Shown here in pieces: positions 13,208 to 28,002 of a stretch of DNA of 64,000 bases; within the stretch, counting starts at the first letter, position 1, and each line of letters starts with the position of its first letter. Made by a program: the position numbers and the translations under genes. Location: NCBI GenBank assembly GCA_958009085.1, contig OY253671.1:682001-746000 (forward strand), written 5' to 3'. The DNA is from Protoeuglena noctilucae. Lineage: Eukaryota. Below the pieces are notes generated by a model. It was not told where the DNA came from, searched no databases, and worked only from the letters and a program-made list of their open reading frames with translations.

Positions 13208-15710
13208 ATGGCCACCCACGCTTCTAAGAACGCGGCGGCTGCCGTCGAGTGGGCCCGCAACCGTCAGGAGAAGCTGGAAAGGCGAGGCGCCCAAACGGGG
13301 AATGGTTTGGCCTCGCCGAAGCCGCTGCGCTGCTGCCGAGTCATGGAAAGTCGTGCCGTGCGTCGAAAATATGGCGGCGCCAACTCGTCGCTCGCCGTAT
13401 CCTGCAGGGCGCAAGCCCTGCGGCAACAGCGCGCGAAGGCGAACGACGGGCTGGACGAGCCTTTCTCGGGTGAGTTGGCGCGTTCAGCAGGGCTGTTGGG
13501 TTAGAAAGTATTTTGAGGCTTCTTTGGAAGCGCGGGCTCACCCAAGATCCCTCTCTTCGCCATCGCCGGGGGGCCCGCATGGCAGCCTCGGCAACCCAGC
13601 CTGCGCGGCGGGGGAAACCCCGATCATAGCTTGGCGCGCGTCGTGCAGCGAGCGGAGGCCGCCATCGCGCACGCCGAGATCGCTGCCGGGTACCTGCATC
13701 CTCACCCGGCGCCGAGCCAACCCCATGCGCACCCGGACCGTGACGCTGGGCGGGTCGCCGCCGACGCGGACGCAGCCGCGGAGGCCTGGCTGTCGTCGCT
13801 GCGGGACGGGAAAGACATGCCGAAGATGGGCCGGCCGCAGTGGGACGGTGGGGACCCAGGGGGGGCGCCGCCAGGTCCCGCCGGCCGGCGCCGAACGCCG
13901 CCGAGCGGGCGTGAGGGGGACTACGTGCCTCAGCCCGGCCGGCCGAGGCGGCCCGCTGCGGATCTGGCGGCGGACGCGCCGGCCTCGGACCCCTGGGGTG
14001 GGCCCAGTGGGCTTGGCCCCAGCAGCAGGGGGCGGGCGAACGCTCCGAGGTCGGCGAAGGACAGCACGCGGCCAGGTGCGCGCCGGGCCGCTCGCAGCTG
14101 TGCGTTGGCGATGTGTTATATGTGTGCATCGTCCACATGACCGTCACTCGCAGGTTGGAACGCGGATTTCACGGATGCGAGCATCCCAGAGCCCCCGCCC
14201 GCCCCGCGCCTCAACCGCGCTCCGTCCTCTCGCCGCATGGAGAGCATTTCCCGACTGAAGGACCTCCGACAAAGGTGCTCGGCGCGGGAATTCTCCGCGT
14301 GCCGCCCGCCTGGCCACCCCCACCCTGCCCGAGGCATGCACCCATCTCCGCACACACACGCAGGCAAGCAACGGTTCGGCAGCCATCGCCGGGGGTGGGA
14401 CCTGACGAATCCGCGTTCGCCGACGCGGATGCAGTCGTGCAGCACGGGCGCCGCGCCGGTTCGAGTTCCAAGTCGCGCCGGAGCGACAGCGCGGCACCCC
14501 CACGGTGAGACGTGCCAGCGATGGGTGGTTAGGGCAGGGCACAGTGTCCGCGGCGGAGTCGTTTGCGATGGCGGTCTGAGCGGTCTTTGTTACGTGACAT
14601 GGCGAAAGGCATCCACAACAGCCCAGTTGTGCTCAAGGCAGCGCCTGGTCCGTGCGCCTCTGCAGGGGCGCCAAAGCCGCCGACGAGGGCTACGGCGACT
14701 TGGGCGGGGCGGGCGTGGGCAGGGGTCGCCCGGCGCCGATCGGTCCCTCGGCAGCGGTGCAGCCTCCAGAGCAGCCCGAAGACGCCGGGGACGAGGCGCT
14801 GCTTCCGTGCTCCTCCTGCGGCCGCACCTTCAACGCCCGGGCACTGGAGCGGCACGCCAAGATCTGCAAGGGCGTGTTCCAGCAGAAGCGCAAGGTCTTT
14901 GACATGAAGGCGCAGCGACTGGAGGGAACGGGTGACCGCAGCACTCACAAACGCAGCTGCGACGCGGTTGCTGCTCATGTCAATACTAAGCCCTCAATTG
15001 GCTCGTTGCCTGCGCAGAGGCGGCCAAGGCGCCCTCCGTGGGCGGCAGGGCTGGGGCGCCGGTCCGCGCGGGAGGGTCGCAGAGGTTCCGGGCACCAGAG
15101 GAGAAGTGAGCGTTCATGATTGCAGCACCGCTGCGCTGTGTTGCACATCCATCTTCTGCGGTGTAATTGTGTCATTGTGCTTCTCGTCTCGACCGGGCCT
15201 GAACACTCCTATATTTCTCATCTCTTCGCAGGCCCATCAAGGCCAAGGGACAGAAGAAGGACTGGAAGGCGCAGAGTGAGCAGTTCCGCGCCGCCATCCG
15301 CAACGCTCGGGGGGTCACGGAGGCGATTAAGAATGGCGTCAAGGCGGCGGACATCCCCTACGTCCCCTCAGGTGAGCCTGGGTGGGGGTCAGGTCAGCTG
15401 CGTTCGTGCCGCGACAGGCCAGCGCTCCAGTCCTCTGCCAAGGCCGCAAGCAGGGACTTGGCCACTTGACACCACGACGTGGATCCCCGTGCTTTCCTGC
15501 CACGCAGCGCCCGACCCGAGCCTGGTGCAGTGCCCCCACTGCGGCCGTCGCTTCAATGAGAACGCGGCCGAGCGGCACATCCCCAAGTGCAAGGACATCA
15601 TCGCCAAGCCGAACTTCCTCAAACGCGGGAACGGCCTCGCGGGGGGCAACTACGGCAAGCCGGAGCCGCAGCGGGCGGCCAAGGGAGTGCCGCGGGCGGG
15701 GAAGTGGTGA
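13208..15710 (+). CDS. C2HC-type zinc finger protein (ZC2HC1/FAM164-like)
   Basis: Two zf-C2HC_2 fingers: LLPCSSCGRTFNARALERHAKICKGVFQQKRKVFD and LVQCPHCGRRFNENAAERHIPKC, with the WKAQSEQFRAAIR motif between them. Confidence 0.85.
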
Positions 15711-15892
15711 AGGGCGGACCGGGCGGGGCTTGAAGGACAATCGCGCGTCGCACGTGTCGCGTCGTGGCTAGCTCATATGCAGTTGACTAGTGTAGCACGT
15801 GGGCGAGCGTCCTGTCATGGACTGGTGGTAAGGTCATAATGACTGGCGACCTGGGTCGCTGGGCACATGACTGGGCGCATGAGGGAAGGAGG

Positions 15893-18800
15893 TCAGGGGC
15901 AAGTACGGCGGAGTGCGTCGACGGTGGCGCCCTCGATGACCACGTCAGGGCTGACCTGCAGCTCTGCGGCAGACATGGCGACTTCGGTGCCATCAGGGAA
16001 GGCCACGACCCACTTGCCCTCGCAGCAGGCGCCGTCCAGCAGGCCCTCCATCCACATCTCGCCCCTGAAGAGCCACACTGCAGTGGGGACGAAGACACGG
16101 GTCCTTGCACCACGCACTATGGTCCTGCAGGGGACACCGCGCTTGGCTGCCCACTTCGGCACCGCCCGTCTGTCGGGGTGCATGCTGCGGGACTCCCAAG
16201 CGCACCAGAGTGTCCCGTCACGCTCGGGAGGTCCTCTGAGTCAATGTCGTCGCCCACGGAGAGGGCGAGGCGGCTGATGGCCCACAGCGCGTCCACTCCT
16301 CCTCCCAACTTCCTCTTGGGGAAGTTGGCGGCGGCGACGCCTGCCCCACGCTGCCGCATGGCCGCTGCGGGCTCAAAGTGGCAAAGAGATTCTGAGCACA
16401 GCATCAAGCGCCCCACTTTGTAGTGCAGCTACGGCACCCTACCCTGCCGCGTATCTGCCCTCTATCTGCCCATAGCTGTCGGCCAGCGCAGCGCTTGCCT
16501 TGGTCAAAGGCCCGTGCAGCCTCCTTGGCCACCGGGAACGACCCCAGGACTCTGTCGGCCGTGTCCAGCGGCAGCTTGATGCGCGCACGCCACGTCACCA
16601 CGTCGCCCTTCAGCTCTCGGGACACCCCCAGGTACGCCGACGTCTTGAGCCGGCTGTCACTCTGCGGGGCATGCAAGTGCAGGCGACAACCGATCATCAC
16701 CGACTCGCGCCTCGTCACGGTCACGGCCGCGAGACTTGAGGGGTCCATGCATTTCTTGGCAAAGCAGAGCCGCCACTCCAGCTTGACCTCCGCATTCCTA
16801 CCAGGTTGGCCCGCTAGGCTCACCTCCCTGGCAGGGAAGTTGAGCTGGGCGTGCTTGCCGAGCTTCTGGAGGGCGGCATAGTCCCGCACCCGGGCGCAGT
16901 CCTCTGCATCGGCACAGAAACCCGTGGACACGCGCCGGCCAGCTTTGTCGATGAAATGGCCGCCCCACAGCTGCCGGTCCTCGTCCCACTCGACGCCCAT
17001 GAAACCATGACTGGCGTCGCCGTGACCGTCTGCGACCGGTGCCCGGACCTGAGAGAAGGCGCCACCGCAGGCGATGCCCTCTGCGTCAGGCAGACCACGC
17101 CCCACCGCCGGCGCCAGCGTGCTGTTCCGCAGGGCGACCCTGACGTCGGCGGCTGGGCCGACGGACCAGTGACCGAGCGGTGTGAGTACCGGGTCTGCCG
17201 GGGTGGCAGTCCCTCCGCGGCCGGTCCCGATGACTGCCTCCGGCGACAGATCGTATACTTGAAGTGCCGCGTCGGACGCGTCGCTGCCACTCGTCGCAGC
17301 CGTCACAGTGGCGCTGGCACTGCGCAGGCGCCTCCCGTCGCTGGGTGGCCGGAAGAGCGGGAGGGCAGGCAGAGGCGGAGCGTCCCCGCCGCCTCGCTTG
17401 CCATCCGCCCGCCGGCCTGCCCCAAGCACCGCCCGACCCCGGCCGGATGCGCCCTGCAGCGCAACGTGTACGTGAACAAGGGGTCAGACAAGGCGCACCG
17501 CGTGCCTGCCCATTTAGCACAAGAGGTCTCCTCGGCAGCCGGACTCGCCCTGGGCGCCAGGCCTCGTCGCGCCACGCTGGCGGCCTGGGTGCCGGTGTTG
17601 CGCGCACGGACCTGCGCCTTGCGTCCCCTCTGGCGGCCGCGCCCGCCCCTGGCCACAACCTGGTTCATCCCCTCGTCGTCGCTGTCGTCCTTCACATCTG
17701 CCAGCTCGCCGTCCCCCGCGATGTCTAAAGCCTCCAGTCGGCCCTGCACCCGGAGACGCCACAGTCTCGCCCAGCAGCACGCATCACGCAGGCAGCGCCC
17801 CCCTGTTCAGCTCGTGCAGGGCAGCAGCAGTTCCCCCAGCCAGCGCACCTTCATGCCCATCTTCTCAATGACGCTGTAGGCCAGCCGCAGGGTCTCAGGG
17901 CTCTCGTCGTCGCCCGAGCCGTCCTCTCCAGGGGGCCCGCAGGGCGCCCCTTCCAGCGCGAGGGTGCCCCCGCTGCAGGCAGCCCTCACGTAGAGTGCCA
18001 GGGGCAGGTTGAGGTCCTCGTTACGCACGGAGCCGGGCGGCTGCAGGGTGGGTGCGGGCCATGCGCGGTCATGCGTGCGCAGCTGGCAGGACAGCACCAG
18101 CGCGGGGCTGTGACCATGGCACCGCATCTCGCCTTAAGGTCTATCAGCTTGAGGTCGCGCGTCATGGCAGCCTGCACCTCGACTCGGTGGTCCCCCAGGT
18201 AAAACACCTTCCCCTGCAGGCTCGTGCGAGAGGTCCAGGGCTCCTGAGCGCATGCCGCCGATGAAAAGCGGTCTCAACCGCATTTCCGCCGGGCGCTGCG
18301 AGAGTGGCGCGCACCTTGAAGCCCAGCTTTGCGCGCCATGCCTTGTAGACGCGGTTCCACGACACACCCCTGTACTTGCTGCTCTTCTTCGGGGGCGCCG
18401 AGACATCTTCTGCTGTGTCCGCCCTCGTGCCCGAGCTGCGGGCGGGTCTCGGGGACGCGTGAGGGAGTTGCCCGGCAGGGTACGCGTCCCCCTGGGGTGC
18501 TGGGCCGCGCGGCGGCACCTTTCGGCGGAACCGGGCTCCTCTCCTTCGTCGACTTGGTCAGCGTCCGACTCTTTCGCAGTTCCCTGCGCTGCAGCCGCGC
18601 CCGGCCCCTCCTTCCGCTTGCTCGGGGGCCGGTTGTCGTCCGCGAGCCAGGCCGGCATGCGCTGCGAGCGAGGCGGCCCCTGCGCTTCTTTCCCCTGCGC
18701 GTCAGTAAGTCGCATGCGAGGTCGAGGTCCACGCCGCGGGTCGCCTCGGCCTCGCCTTGCGACGCTTCGGCAGCAGCAACCCCTCCGTCCAGCGACGTTC

Positions 18801-18965
18801 AAACTCCGCGGCGGACAGGTGCACCCGCGCTGCCCCGTCGTCCCCCAGTAAGATGATGGAATCGGCATCGAGGTCAACAGCACCAACGGTGAGGGCAGCG
18901 GGGCTCCCGGCCTCCATCAACCGGGTCCCCACTTCGAGGGGGGGGCCGGCCCCGACGGGAGACAT
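15893..18965 (-). CDS. AP2-domain transcription factor with three AP2 domains (ends approximate)
   Basis: SSKYRGVSWNRVYKAWRAKL..FYLG..AAMTRD..LNLP; FMGVEWDEDRQLWGGHF..ARVRDYAALQKLGKHAQLNFP; SAYLGVSRE..WRARI..LGSFPVAKEAARAFDQ|AAMRQRG..ANFP. Confidence 0.85.
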
Positions 18966-19745
18966 GGCTCCTCGGTCACGATCAGGGCCGCAAGCAGCAA
19001 AGAAAGCTTTCTCGCAAAGTCAGCGTCAACAGCAGCCAGTATAAGCTATTCTTTGGCCGGGGCGGTCGCAGCGACACCTAACCCAGCCTTGCTCCGGAAC
19101 ATTCAGACCCGGGGATCAGCAGAAAGCAATTATTTTATCGCTGGCTGAGCCAGCCCGTGCAAAAACAGAGTCGCGTGGCCGTTTCCGCATTGAGTCAGGT
19201 CGCCCTGCAAGGGATGCAGAGTTCGGAGCTGAGCGCGACCCACCATCGCTAGGTAGCGTGACGCTCGCACCCTCTGCACCGCTGCGGGGAGGCCGTTTGC
19301 ACTCGGGGACCGTAGACACACTAACGGCCGTGAATCGCAAATCTGGACGGCCCGTGGCGGAAGTAGCTCCAGCTCGCAAGCCGCGCTGACCCGCCTCTGT
19401 CAAGCTCCCATCCTATGCAAGCGGGGTACCCTGCGGCCCCTCAGGGGGCCCCGCCTGCGGGCGGTATGGTGCGTGGATGCATGGCCTTGCACACGCTTCG
19501 CCGCTCCTCCACGGAACTGGCGTATCGTCCCGTCGACGCGGGCGTAATAGCTGTTTTAGCTTCCTGGCCCCGCGCGGGGGCATCCGGCCCCCGCGTCGTC
19601 GTTGCTCCTGCGTCCGGCACAAACAGCCCGCTCGCGCTGTATCTGCCCACCGCGCGACCGCTCTTCGCCTGCTGCTTCTACCGAGAATCCGTTCCGGCGG
19701 CCGTCGTGGGCGCAGGGGGAGGGAGACCACGGACCCGGCCCTAGC

Positions 19746-20630
19746 ATGGCCTTCCCCGGGATGCCCCAGTATGGCATGCCGCAGCCTCCCAACCCGCAGC
19801 TCCAAGCGGCGCTCCAGTCTTTCTGGGCCCAGCAGTTGCAGGAGACCGAGTCCATGACGTCGTCGCCGAACGAGTTCAAGTCGAACAACCTGCCCCTGGC
19901 GCGCATCAAGAAGATCATGAAGTCAGGTGATCACGACTGGGCTTCTTCTCTTTTGCTCCACGCACCCTACCCTCCCCAGGTCCGTTCAGCGCGCAAGCCC
20001 GTATCAGCGGCCCTCTGCCCTCCCCGCAGACGAGGACGTGCGGATGATTGCCGCGGAGGCGCCCGTCCTCTTCGCCAAGGCTTGCGAGATGTTCATCTTC
20101 GAGCTCACCAGCCGCGCGTGGTTCTCGTCCGATGAAGCCAAGAGGCGCACGCTGCAGCGGGCGGACATCGCCGCTGCCATCGCCAAGGTGTGCCTCGCCC
20201 GCTGACCGAGGGGCCTCGGTCCTCGCCCTCCGCTGCCTCTCCGCGCCCTCGACGGCGCCCTCTGCCCCCTTTCTCCTCCGTGCAGACGGATATCTTTGAC
20301 TTTCTTCTAGACATCGTGCCCTGCAACGACCCCAACATCCAGCCGGTCGCTGCCGGGGCGGGCCCTCCGGGCTCTGTCCCCTACCTGCCCAACTTCATGC
20401 CGGGGAGTGCGCCGCCGGGGCCGGCACCGCCGGGCCCCATGACCCAGGGGGGTTTCCACCCGCCGACAGGGGCCCAGCCCTACTCGGGGCACGCGGGGGC
20501 GGTTGCAGGGATGGGCCCTGGGGCCCCGTCGCAGGTGCAGGGGACCCTGGGCGAGCAGGCGGACCTCCATGCGCTTGGCATGCTGGAGGGCCTGGATGGG
20601 CAGGGCCTGTCTGACGGCGGGTTCGGCTGA
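19746..20630 (+). CDS. NF-YC: CCAAT-binding factor subunit C (NF-YC/HAP5)
   Basis: [76 protein letters not shown]; 3 exons. Confidence 0.96.
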
Positions 20631-21011
20631 TTGGTGCCGACCCTGCGCTCATAACTGGCGGGTAGGGTTCCAAGGTCCAGCGCCCAGCGCCTTCTTGAAC
20701 CCTCGCTGGCCAACGTGGACGTGGAAAGATGCATGGAGCTGGACCATCTTCTGCTGCTCTGTGAGACCTGCTGTTTCCTCGCATGGCTCGAACGATACGC
20801 GCAAAATCCAGTGAATTCCCTCGGCGAACAGCACTCTCTTGCAATCTGATAGCGTCGCACGGCGATGGACAGCCGTGGGGATCCTGCAAGGAGCCTCCAG
20901 GCTCCTCAGGCGTCTGTGCGCGGGCCCGTCACCATGTGAGAGCCTCGCGCTGCGCGTCTGAGTCGTCTCTGTGTCTTTTTAAGTGTTCCTCTGCCGAATG
21001 GAGCGAGTCGT

Positions 21012-21990
21012 GTGGCGGCGATCGCGTCGCCCGCGCGTCATCGCCTCAGGTCTGCGCGCGAGGAGCTGGCCAGGGAGTTTGGGCAGGGTGGGGGAGCGCC
21101 GAGGGGGGCGCCGCTGGAAGTTCAAGGAGAGCTGGCGACTGATGTGCCGTGCATCATCAAGGGGGTGCTGTCCGCGGTCAGCGGGGGTGTTCTGGGCATC
21201 ATGTTCGGCCTCTTCACCGGTTTCGTGAGCAAGACGGAGGTGAGGCCGCGTTTGTCAAGACATGGGGTGATGATCGAGTGCGTGAGGCCAAATTCGTCGG
21301 GAATCGGTCCGAGAACGTCGAGCTTTGGTCGTTGGAAGGGGTGGACATGTGCAAGCGGGGAGAGAGCCCGGATCGCAGCGCCCGCTTTCCCGAGATGCGC
21401 AGGGAATGACAAGGTTGGCATCTGCGGGCTCTCGCGGCATGGCGTCGGGCAAGAGCTTCGCGTTGCTGGGTGGAGTATACACGGCGAGCTCGTGCTACGC
21501 CAAGCGTCTGATGCAGAGGGATGATGCGGTCACAAACATCGTGGCCGGATGCTCCACGGGACTCGTTACTGGCTGGAGCGGCGGTCCAGTGGTGAGGGTG
21601 GAGAGGAAGGGGCATGTTGCGCCTGCCCCTGCCATCCATGTGCCCCTGAGAGCTGAGAGGTTGGTGCCCACGTGCCCGCAGTCCGCGCTCCAAGGTTGCG
21701 CCTCGTTCGCGGCGTTCTCCTGGCTCATGGAGAAGGTGCTGTCACCCTCACCTGCTCAGGCGTGCTGCTCCGTGTCGCTGGGGAGGCCGCGGCAGCGGGG
21801 TGGGTGGAGCGCGGCGTGCCAGGGCACGCCGGATTGGGACGCTGGTCTCGCAGTGGCCTTGCTGTTGCCCGGGGCACACGAGGAGCAACGCGTCGTGCTG
21901 GGGGCAGCAGTGGCAGGGCTGCGGCTTGCAGAGGCAGGGTGGGCGGGCCTGCACGACAGGCGCCGAGTCACATCGCCTGTCCTGTCCTGA
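21012..21990 (+). CDS. Tim17/Tim22/Tim23 (PRAT) family translocase subunit (start approximate)
   Basis: PCIIKGVLSAVSGGVLGIMFGLF..SGKSFALLGGVYTASSCYAKRLMQRDDAVTNIVAGCSTG..GGP|SALQGCASFAAFS. Confidence 0.85.
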
Positions 21991-22410
21991 GGGCGACAGA
22001 GTCAAGCCGGCTCCTCGGTCGCCCCTCCCCTGTTCTCTCTGTCCTGATCCAGGGAGCCCCTCTGGTCAACTCGGCCAAGGGGACCCGTTTCGTACGGCTG
22101 GACCCAGCTGGGCAGCGGATGCTCTAATCCCTGGCCACGCCCTTCTCGGATCTGATGGTTGTTAGGGTTGCTGTGTAGCGCGGGTGGGCTGCAGCTTCGC
22201 TGCAGTTCGCTGCACCTGTTTCTGTCAGTTTGTGGGGTCGTTTGCCTCTCCTACGCCGCCCTGGGATTGAAAGCGGAATGTTTCTTCAGGAACGACGCGC
22301 TGGTGCTTGGCTGCGCTCGCATAGGTCCCAGATCGAACCGGCATCCACACCAACGGCGGCCAGCGAGCTCGCCTGCACCCGATAGGGACACCCGGAGACG
22401 ACAATCGCGA

Positions 22411-24975
22411 ATGTCGGAGGTGAACGCGCCGTCGGATCGAGCGCAGATCCCTGCTCTGCTCGTGGCGGCTCCGGGGCGTCCACTTGGGTCTCCGCCCCGA
22501 TTGCGAAGGAAGGCGCTCATGCGAGAGGCGTCTTCATGCCGCAGGCTGCCGGAGGGGCGGTTCCCGCGGAGGCGGCGCTCTCGGACGGGTTGTCGGGCGT
22601 TGCGGTGAGCGAAGAGAAGAAGGTGGGTCCAGTCGCAGGGCGTGTTGCGCCGCGCGCCTTCGCCGGCGACTCCAACGGCCGCGCTCCTGTGGATCGTCAC
22701 GCTGCCTCGTGCTCCTCGCGTCCTTGCTGGCACTCTGCGGAGCTCCTTCGCCGATGGCCAGGCTCCGGCTGCGTGCAGGGCAAGCCCAGGGCAGAGAAGA
22801 AGCCTAAGGAGGCGAAGGAGAAGCCCGCGGCGTCGGAGAAGGACAAGGTGAAGGCGTGCATGGTCCTCACCGGCGCCGGCCTCGCGCTGCGCCGCGTTTA
22901 TGGCCGTGCTGTGAGGAGGTCCCCCGATCCGTGCCAAGCAGAAGAAGACCACCAAGCTGGGCCTCGTCGCCAAGAAGAACGAGGACTTCGGCGAGTGGTA
23001 CGCGCAAGTGTGCACGGAGGCGGAGCTCATCTCGTACTACAATGTCTCGGGGTGCTACATCCTCCGGCCCTGGGCGTACCGCATGTGGGAGGAGTGCCAG
23101 AGGCGAGGGCGGGCGGGCGAGGCGGTGCCGAGAAGCTTGCGGAACTCACGCGCTTGCAGCAGGGCAAGATAGTAGCTACCCTGCCATGGCAGCATTCTCG
23201 GCAGCTCATGCGCGCCTGGCCGGGCTCCGTGCAGGTGGTTTGATGCGGAGATCAAGAAGCTGGGGGTGGACAACGCCTACTTCCCGCTGTTCGTGACGCC
23301 CGACGCGCTGGAGCGGGAGAAGGACCACGTGGAGGGCTTTGCGGCCGAGGTGGCATGGGTGACGAGGTCGGGCAAGACGGGTGCGTGCGAGGGCCGGCGG
23401 CACCCGGGTCTACCGGCGATCGGCGCCGGAGCTGCTGCAGCACGCACGGGGCGAGGCGGGAGAACAGCTGGCGACGCTGCTGCGCGCAGACCTCGAGGTG
23501 CCCCTGGCCATCCGCCCCACCTCCGAGACGGTCATGTACCCGTACTTTGCGCAATGGATCCGGTCGCACCGGGACCTGCCCTTGAAGGTCAACCAGTGGA
23601 CGAACGTGGTGCGGTGGGAGTTCAAGCACCCCACGCCCTTCATCCGCACCCGGGAGTTCCTCTGGCAGGAGGGCCACACGGCGTTCGCCACCAAGGCAGA
23701 GGCGGACGAGGAGGTCATGGCCATCCTCAACCTCTATCGCCAGGTCTACGAGGACATGCTCGCCGTCCCGGTCATGTGAGGGCACTGCTGCCACGCTCGC
23801 AGGCCGTTGCATGGCATAGGGACCGCACGGCCCACGCGGTTGGTGCGCTCGATCAAGGGATGGGCTCCACCTCCCTCTCGCTCCGCAGCATGGGTCGCAA
23901 GTCCGAGAACGAGAAGTTCGCCGGCGGCCTGTACACGACGACGGTGGAGGCCTTCATCCCAGCGACGGGCCGCGGCATCCAGGGCGCGACCTCGCACTGC
24001 CTCGGCCAGAACTTCGCCAAAATGTTTGGGCACGAGTTCCTCGACGACGACGGCAACAAGCAGATCCCCTGGCAGAACTCATGGGGCTTCACGACCCGCA
24101 CCCTGGGTGTCATGATCATGGTGCACGGGGACGACAAGGGCCTGGTGCTGCCCCCGCGCGTCGCGCCGCGGCAGGCGGTGGTCATCCCCATCCCGAACAA
24201 GAGCATGTCGGAGGAGGCCACCGCCACCATGTTCGCCAAGGTGGGGCCGAGGGCCGCCCGGGGCGTGCGCAGTGTGTGCGGTTGCGTGGTGCATGATGAG
24301 GGTGAGATCCGCGTCTCCTTCCGCCGCAGGTCCGGGAGATCGAGGCCATGCTGGCGCAGGAGGGCTTGCGGAGCACGTCGGACTGCCGCACCAACTACAC
24401 GCCGGGCTGGAAGTACAACCACTGGGAGGTCAAGGGCGTGCCGCTGCGGGTCGAGCTGGGCCCGAGGGACCTGGAGAACGGGACGGTAGTGTTCGTCCGG
24501 CGGGACACGGGGGCCAAGGAAGTCTCGACGTGGGCCGACCTGCCGCGCCGCACCAAGGAGCTGCTGGACACCATGCAGGCGGAGATGTACGCCAAGGTGC
24601 GGGCGCTTCGCCTTGCTGCACGCGACGCGGCCGTTTCGGCGCGCGGCAGCGCGGGGGTCGCACGGGGGGGTGGACGAACGCCGCGCCGGTCGGCCCGTGC
24701 CGCAGGCGAAGCAGGAGTTCGACGGCAGCCTCGAGAGGTGCACGACCTGGGAGGACGCCATGGCCGCGCTGGGCCGGGGCCACATGGTGCTGGCTCCCTG
24801 GTGCGAGGAGGTGGAGGTGGAGGAGGGCATCCGCAAGCGCTCCACCACGGCCGACGCCATGGGCGCCAAGTCGCTCTGCATCCCCTTCGAGCAGCCCGAG
24901 CTCCCCGCCGGCGCCACGTGCTTCGCTTCCGGCAAGCCCGCCAAGTCCTGGGGGCTCTTCGGCCGGTCCTACTGA
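22411..24975 (+). CDS. ProRS: Prolyl-tRNA synthetase, eukaryote/archaeal type (start uncertain)
   Basis: [80 protein letters not shown]-terminal [15 protein letters not shown]. Confidence 0.98.
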
Positions 24976-25226
24976 GCCCTACTGAGCCGCCAGATGTCGC
25001 CAGTGCAGCTGCTAGTGCCGAGCGTTTCGGCCGCGAGCGCCCCTCCGGCCGGCTGACCCGCGCTCCCTCCTCTTGTTGAAGGCGTCGGCACGCCCGCCCG
25101 CGAACGGGGTCGATAGCGACGGGAGGGGTCCGTCGCATCTCGGGGGACGAGCACGAGCGCGGTTGACTCGGGCGGCGTCTCGGGGACGTTTCAGGGCGTG
25201 GCCTCGGGGTGCTTGCGGGGACCAGG

Positions 25227-26274
<1,048 letters not shown>

Positions 26275-26583
26275 CGTGGTCACGTCGATCGGCTCCGCGC
26301 CGGTTCGAACTGGCGCTCTCGCTGGCGATTCCAAAGTTCTAGGCAGCACCTCGTGTCCACAGCTGCGCTTGTTCGATGAGCGCTGTGCGCACGATTTAAG
26401 CCCAGGTGGCCTCATGGTGGGCTTCTCGGCCGACACCTTGGCCCGGTCGTCGGGGGTATCCATTCAGATCGGCGTCCATGCAGGGGCTACGACGAGAGCT
26501 TTCACTTATACCGTCCCCTTCGCTGACGCCGACGTGGCGCACAGTCCAGTCAGGGACAGGCACACATGCACGCGCCCACGGCA

Positions 26584-28002
26584 TCATGGCGTGCTCGCAA
26601 GGGCCGCCTTGACCTGGTGACGGGCCACGGCCAGGGATGACCTGTTCTTCTCAGCTGCCTGCAACAGCGGCTCCGCGTTGATCCCCGGGCCTCTGGGCAG
26701 GCTCCGCACCCGCACCAGCAAGCCCGCGTTCTTCTCGATGTCGTAAGCCAGGCGCGTGTCCACCTGCGTGGCGATGCCGAGCGGCTTGTTTTGTCGCAGG
26801 GCACAATCGGTGCTGCCCAGCGCACCGCGCTCCCGACACAGCTGCGCCCTCACCCGCCGCAGCTCCGCCACCGCCCCCTGCAGCCGCCTCTGGCTGCGCT
26901 TGAAGTCATCCGCGGCGGGTTTGATGCGCAGCAGCAGCTTCTGCACCTCCTTGCCGTGCTGATCCGCCTCCTCCGCCATGACCTCTAAATCCCGCCGAAC
27001 GCTGTTCACCAGTTGCGTCGCCGACCGGAACCGACCCAGGACGCGGGACAGGAGGAACCCACGCGTCACGGGGCTCACGAAGAGCGCCCCGGCAAGCAGG
27101 CAGGGCACTGCAGGGAGACGGGAACGCGGCGGTGTCTGGATGGGGCGACAAGCATGCTTCCTCGCGCAACCAGCCACCCGCCGATCGCGTGCCTGTCAGG
27201 GTTGTGTGCTCCATGCTCCAGTATATGGGCTGCTTCAGGACGTCCACCAACATCTGCTCTCCCATCTGCGCTTGCAAAGGTGTCGGTCCGGTCATGACCC
27301 ATCCTTGCATCCCAGCGCCCCCGTTCACGCCCCGGCGATGGCGATGTCCGCACCTGAGTATGAGCCACTCCGGTGTTCGCCACGCGGCGCGCCCTTTCCC
27401 ACATTTGCTCCGCCTGCGACCCCGCCAGAGCCTGCATCGTCGCCACGCTGGCGTCTGCGGCCTCCTTGACCACCCCGAAGCTGGCCTTGAACGCCGCGAC
27501 GACGACGGCCTCGGCTGCCGCTACGGAAGCTATCACGGCGCTCTCGGCGCGCTCCAGGAGCTTGCCCCCCTCGACCAGCCCCCTTCGAGCCCCTCGCTCC
27601 GTCGTCTCTGCGCAGAAAGCCCAGCGCGCATGCGTCACAGGCGTGAGACTGCGCCGTCGCTGCGCCCATCCAGCTCGCTCGCCGCAGATCCGACGCACCC
27701 ACGGCCGAGCTCGTCGAGGAGCTGAGGTCTTCGCCCAGATTTCCCAGCTTCTCCAACAGCCCGTCCGCCTTTCGTCCCAAGTAGCCAAAGAGCGTGTCCT
27801 CGGGCTGAGGGAGCCGGGGGAGGCCAGATTGGTGTGGATGAGCACAACACAGCCCAGTGGCGATGGACCCACCATCCGCGGCTAAATATACCTCATCATC
27901 CCCATCTGTCGCAGCAGTGCTTTGTGGGCCCGCAGCGGCGACCTCCTCCCCCCCATCAGGAGCGGGAGGAGCGTCCGTAGCGGCGTCACGCTCCTCCCCC
28001 AT
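26584..28002 (-). CDS. Coiled-coil protein resembling plant RGS1-HXK1-interacting protein (RHIP1-like)
   Basis: TRGFLLSRVLGRFRSATQLV followed by a long helical region and LRSLPRG resembles the RRFLFRHTLGRFQSEEA region of the plant family as recalled; 3' end uncertain. Confidence 0.55.

Noticed and set aside
26297..26316. GGTTCGAA within a short palindrome, resembling a tRNA T-loop
   Set aside because: No cloverleaf, D-arm or acceptor stem; it lies just downstream of the UBC13 stop.
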